From assembly GCA_046726415.1 (NCBI GenBank), contig JBKPAK010000156.1, positions 1 to 64,000 of the forward strand: a stretch of 64,000 bases of DNA, given 5' to 3'. How positions within the stretch are numbered: position 1 is the first letter of the stretch; each line of letters opens with the position of its first letter. This document shows positions 60,407 through 64,000 of this stretch, one piece after another. The notes below the pieces were generated by a model that saw only the letters and a list, made by a program, of their open reading frames with translations, did not search any database and was not told where the DNA came from. Origin of the DNA: Candidatus Methylomirabilota bacterium. GTDB taxonomy: Bacteria; Methylomirabilota; Methylomirabilia; Rokubacteriales; CSP1-6. The position numbers and the translations under genes were made by a program.

Positions 60407-61504
60407 ATGGTACCGAACAGAATGGTCTCGCTCCTCGCGGGCGGATTGCTCGTGGCGGTTGCCGCGAGCGAGGCGGTCGAGCTCCGCACCGACACCTCGA
60501 AGGCCCTCGTGCCGCTCGACGAAATCATCTCGGGAGGCCCTCCACCCGACGGCATTCCGGCCATCGACCGGCCGCGCTTCGTCAGCCCGGACGAGGCCTC
60601 GGCGTGGCTGGTGGCCAAGGAGCCGGTGCTTGCGCTCGGGGCCAAGGGCGACGCGCGCGCCTACCCGCTGCAGATCCTCATGTGGCATGAGATCGTCAAC
60701 GATGTCGTGGGTGGTCTCCCCGTCACCGTGACCTTCTGCCCGCTCTGTAACTCCGGCATTGTCTTCGAGCGGGTGGTGAACGGGGCAACGCTCGACTTCG
60801 GGACCTCCGGCAAGCTCTACAAGAGCGACCTCGTGATGTACGACCGTCAGAGCCACTCCCTGTGGTCGCAGATGGAGGGCCGGGCCATCGTCGGCACGCT
60901 CGCGGGAACCCAGCTCAGGCTGGTGCCCGCGAACACCCTGTCCTTCGAGGAGTGGCGCTCCGCCCACCCCGCCGGGAAGGTGCTCTCCCGCGAGACCGGT
61001 CACATGCGCAGTTACGGCGTCAACCCCTACGAGGCGTACGACCAGCCCCAGCTCCGGCCCTTCCTCTTTCACGGGCGCCCGGATCCTCGCCGGCCGCCCA
61101 AGGAGCGCGTCGTGGGCGTGAAGAGCGGGGACGTCGCCAGAGCCTATCCGTGGCCCGTCATCGTCGAACGCAAGGTCGTTCACGATCGGCTCGGCGACGT
61201 CGCGCTCGTCATCCTCTACCAACCGGGAGCGTTGTCGGCACTCGATGCGCACGAAATCAAGCGGTCTCGCGCCGTGGGTGCGACCGCCGTGTTCAGTCCG
61301 TTGGTGGAGGGACGTGCGTTGAGCTTCGAGGCGATCCCCGAGGGCTTCCGCGACCGGGAAACCGGGTCGATATGGAACCTGCTCGGCCACGCCCGCAAAG
61401 GCGCCCTGGCGGGCCGGCGTCTGAGCCCCATCCCTCACGTCGACGCCTTCTGGTTCGCCTGGGCGGCCTTCAACCCGTCGACGTCCATTTACGGCGACCC
61501 ATGA
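60407..61504 (+). CDS. DUF3179-family exported protein (Cys form, FCPLC)
   Basis: GGPPPDGIPAID, HEIVND, FGTSGKLY and FWFAW motifs. Confidence 0.9.
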   Translation: MVPNRMVSLLAGGLLVAVAASEAVELRTDTSKALVPLDEIISGGPPPDGIPAIDRPRFVSPDEASAWLVAKEPVLALGAKGDARAYPLQILMWHEIVNDVVGGLPVTVTFCPLCNSGIVFERVVNGATLDFGTSGKLYKSDLVMYDRQSHSLWSQMEGRAIVGTLAGTQLRLVPANTLSFEEWRSAHPAGKVLSRETGHMRSYGVNPYEAYDQPQLRPFLFHGRPDPRRPPKERVVGVKSGDVARAYPWPVIVERKVVHDRLGDVALVILYQPGALSALDAHEIKRSRAVGATAVFSPLVEGRALSFEAIPEGFRDRETGSIWNLLGHARKGALAGRRLSPIPHVDAFWFAWAAFNPSTSIYGDP

Positions 61505-62097
61505 CGCCGGCGAGCGAGCTGCTGGCCCTCCTCGAAGCGCTGGAGCGCAAGGGCACCAGCGTCATCGAGCTCGTGCGCGATGGCCAGCCCCAGGAGCCGT
61601 GGCGGCTCTACCCAGCAGAGAGCGGGATCTTCGATCGGCGCACGCGCTACCAGTTCTACTACCACAGCCACGGCGCCGCCCTCGAGGCCGGGCACTTCCA
61701 TACCGTGCGCTTGTTCGCCGATCGGACGGTGCACCTGGTTGCGATCTCGAGGGCGCCCGACGGCTGGCCGCAGGCGTTGTTCACGCTCAACCTGTGGGCG
61801 ATCGGCGATGCCTACGAGAGCGCCGCCGCCCTCAAGCACTACGCCACGGGCTTCCGGCTCCGCAAACAGGTCGGGCCTTTGCCGCTCGTCCGCTTCGTCA
61901 ACCTCGTCTTCCAGGCATTCTTGCCGGAGATCGAGCGACTTCAGGAGGAGAAAATCGAGACGCTTGCCCAACACCGTGCGTCCCATCCGGACCACAATGT
62001 CTTCGAGGACCGTTCGCTCGAGATCTTGAGTCGGGTGGCGATCGACGTGCGGGCGCGCGCTGGCAGCGTGACCCTGGCCACGTGCAGTTCCCGATGA
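61501..62097 (+). CDS. Conserved-looking hypothetical protein (His-rich YYHSH..EAGHFH)
   Basis: ATGA overlaps on both sides, QFYYHSH and LFTLNLW motifs. Confidence 0.75.
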   Translation: MTPASELLALLEALERKGTSVIELVRDGQPQEPWRLYPAESGIFDRRTRYQFYYHSHGAALEAGHFHTVRLFADRTVHLVAISRAPDGWPQALFTLNLWAIGDAYESAAALKHYATGFRLRKQVGPLPLVRFVNLVFQAFLPEIERLQEEKIETLAQHRASHPDHNVFEDRSLEILSRVAIDVRARAGSVTLATCSSR

Positions 62098-62669
62098 AGA
62101 GCGCGCTGGCGATGTCCCGCGCCGCCCGTCAAACTCTGTTCGCCCTGCTGCTGGCTAGTCTCTCGCTCGCCGCGCCCGGCGCCGCCGTGAACCTCGATCA
62201 GCTCATGCGGGACTTCCGCGTGACACCGGTGGGGTTGAAGCTCGCGCCAACCTTCACCCTGGCGACTCTTGGCGGAAAGCCAGCCACGCTCACCGCACAG
62301 CGCGGCCGCCCCGTCCTGCTCTACTTCTGGGCCACCTGGTGACCACACTGCACGAGGGAGTTACCCTCGTCCATCGAGCAGCTGCACCGCGATCTCGTGG
62401 CCCGCGGCCTCTCCATCTTGGCGGTGAACATCCAGGAGAGCCCGTCGACGGTGGCCGCGTGGGCCCATGAGCGCAACGTCACCGTGCCGATCCTGCTCGA
62501 CCCCGACGGGGAGGTGACGCGCCAGTACGGCGTGATCGCAACCCCGACGACGTTTCTCATCGACCGCGAGGGGCGGCTGCTCGGCCGCGTCGTGGGACCG
62601 CGCGCCTGGGCCTCGCCCGAGGGCAAGGCGTTGATCGCCGCTCTCCTCGAGGCTCCATCGCGCCCGTGA
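62094..62669 (+). CDS. TlpA/ResA-like thioredoxin, predicted selenoprotein (U83, FWATWUPHC)
   Basis: In-frame TGA 62340-42. The frame continues to TPTTFLIDREG..GPRAW. Perfect 7-bp hairpin at 62352-62370. Confidence 0.92.
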
Positions 62670-62709
62670 TGGATTCACAGGTCGCCAAGGAGTGATAGAG
62701 GGCGCCGCG

Positions 62710-63816
62710 ATGACGTCAGCAGCTCCGTTCTTTCCGGTGACATGCCATCCACTGCTACGCCGACGGCAGTTCCTTGCGAGCGGTGTCGGTCTCCTGGGCT
62801 CCACCGCCCTTGGCGTTGGTCATGTGCACGCGTCCGACGCAACGGCTATCATCAGCGCCCACGCCACGGTACCCGATCCGTGGGCGGTGGCTCACGGCCT
62901 GCGTGCCATGGGTCCAGCCTTTGCGATCAAGGGAGGCCAGCGCGGAGTTGATTTCCTGCTCGAGCGGTACGTGACAGAAGTCACCGTGAACGGGCGAACC
63001 ATGCTCGCGTTCCCCCGCGACATCGAGATCCACCCGAATAGCTTCCTCAAGACGATGCTCGAAGCGGGGGTCCCGACGAGCTACCGCTTTACCCACAAGC
63101 GGCGGCAACGAACGCTCGCGGAGCTCGTTGATGGGGCGCGACTTCTGTTTAGACCGCACGAAATGGCGGAACCTAACCAAATCCCATGGAGTCTGATCGC
63201 GTTCAGCCGTACTACCTCGTCCGTGCGGCGGCGATGGACCAACGCGTGGGGCGAGACGGTAGACCTGGACGCGTCGGTCGACGGGGCACTCCGGTCGCTG
63301 GAGAACGCCTCCGCACCCATCGCCGCTGCAAGGCGCGACGGTCGGCCGCTCGTGGCCAAGGCGCCCGTGCACAGCTTCACGTGCGGGGGCACACACATGC
63401 TGTACGGCCTCCTGTCCGCCGTCCACCATGGCTTCGGCGGCAGTGGCACATGCGTGCGCGTGCAGCAGCAGACCGCGCTGATGATCTGGCGCATGGGGGG
63501 CGCGGACGTCGACCTCATCAGCCGCTTCTACCGCGGCTATGTCCGCTCGCCGCGTAACCAATGGGAAGAGCTGGATTCGAAGCTGAAGTTGATAGGCCAC
63601 GCTGAGGAGTACGTCGCCTTTGCGACTGCCCGCGGCGTCATGACCTTGTCGGCTGACCAGCAGGCACTGCGGGCTGCCGGCAAGAAGCTCCTCCTGGAGC
63701 TGCTCGCCGACGTGCGACATCGCGACCTCACGACGGTTCGGACCCTGGCCCCGCAGACCTACCAGCAATTCGTCGGCGACACGTGTCACGCGCAGCACGG
63801 GCTGACGCTCACGTGA
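62710..63816 (+). CDS. Tat-exported hypothetical protein (CGGTH and GDTCHA motifs)
   Basis: RRRQFL signal and a long ORF with coding-like composition. Confidence 0.75.
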   Translation: MTSAAPFFPVTCHPLLRRRQFLASGVGLLGSTALGVGHVHASDATAIISAHATVPDPWAVAHGLRAMGPAFAIKGGQRGVDFLLERYVTEVTVNGRTMLAFPRDIEIHPNSFLKTMLEAGVPTSYRFTHKRRQRTLAELVDGARLLFRPHEMAEPNQIPWSLIAFSRTTSSVRRRWTNAWGETVDLDASVDGALRSLENASAPIAAARRDGRPLVAKAPVHSFTCGGTHMLYGLLSAVHHGFGGSGTCVRVQQQTALMIWRMGGADVDLISRFYRGYVRSPRNQWEELDSKLKLIGHAEEYVAFATARGVMTLSADQQALRAAGKKLLLELLADVRHRDLTTVRTLAPQTYQQFVGDTCHAQHGLTLT

Positions 63817-64000
63817 CCCCCCAGGAAACATCTTGGTGCACACCGGCACGCCGGAGGTGTCTGTGGCCTCCCGTCCCGCGCTACCGACGGTGGAAATCGG
63901 CTTGACTCGGGAGTGCCGCCGCTGCCTTCGCCACGAGCGCGACGGGGGCGGCTTCCAACTCGTTGGGCCGGACGGACCCGAGACGCGGTGCCTGCCCTGT

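Overview
High-GC bacterial window. The gene repertoire resembles Candidatus Rokubacteria (Methylomirabilota), but this taxonomy is an inference only. The left half (1-42 kb) is mostly intact housekeeping and metabolic genes: carbamoyltransferase, UvrD-type helicase-nuclease, xth, TtuA/TtuB, an ECF/anti-sigma pair, DsbD and redoxins. It also holds an aromatic-degradation operon joining 4-hydroxybenzoyl-CoA-reductase-like hcrCAB genes to boxC/boxB and a benzoate-CoA ligase, with no boxA in the window. The right third (42-63 kb) is a thiol/sulfur/selenium redox island that the ORF track fragments. Six genes carry an in-frame TGA at a family-typical Cys position, each followed by a SECIS-like hairpin: VKOR-thioredoxin (WUPAC), an ABC substrate-binding protein (GAGTU), a Prx-like protein (WUPYC), an OsmC-like protein (ALAFU), a PrdB/GrdB-like protein (VUPNC) and a TlpA-like protein (WUPHC). 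These are best read as selenoproteins. The island also contains SoxYZ, YeeE/YedE, DoxX, a TetR with paired operators, and a SigR-like ECF with three GGAAT-N18-GTT promoters. A two-radical-SAM/three-transferase cluster is headed by an unannotated 44-aa candidate precursor peptide. Several island genes show deletions or frameshifts, from either decay or assembly error.
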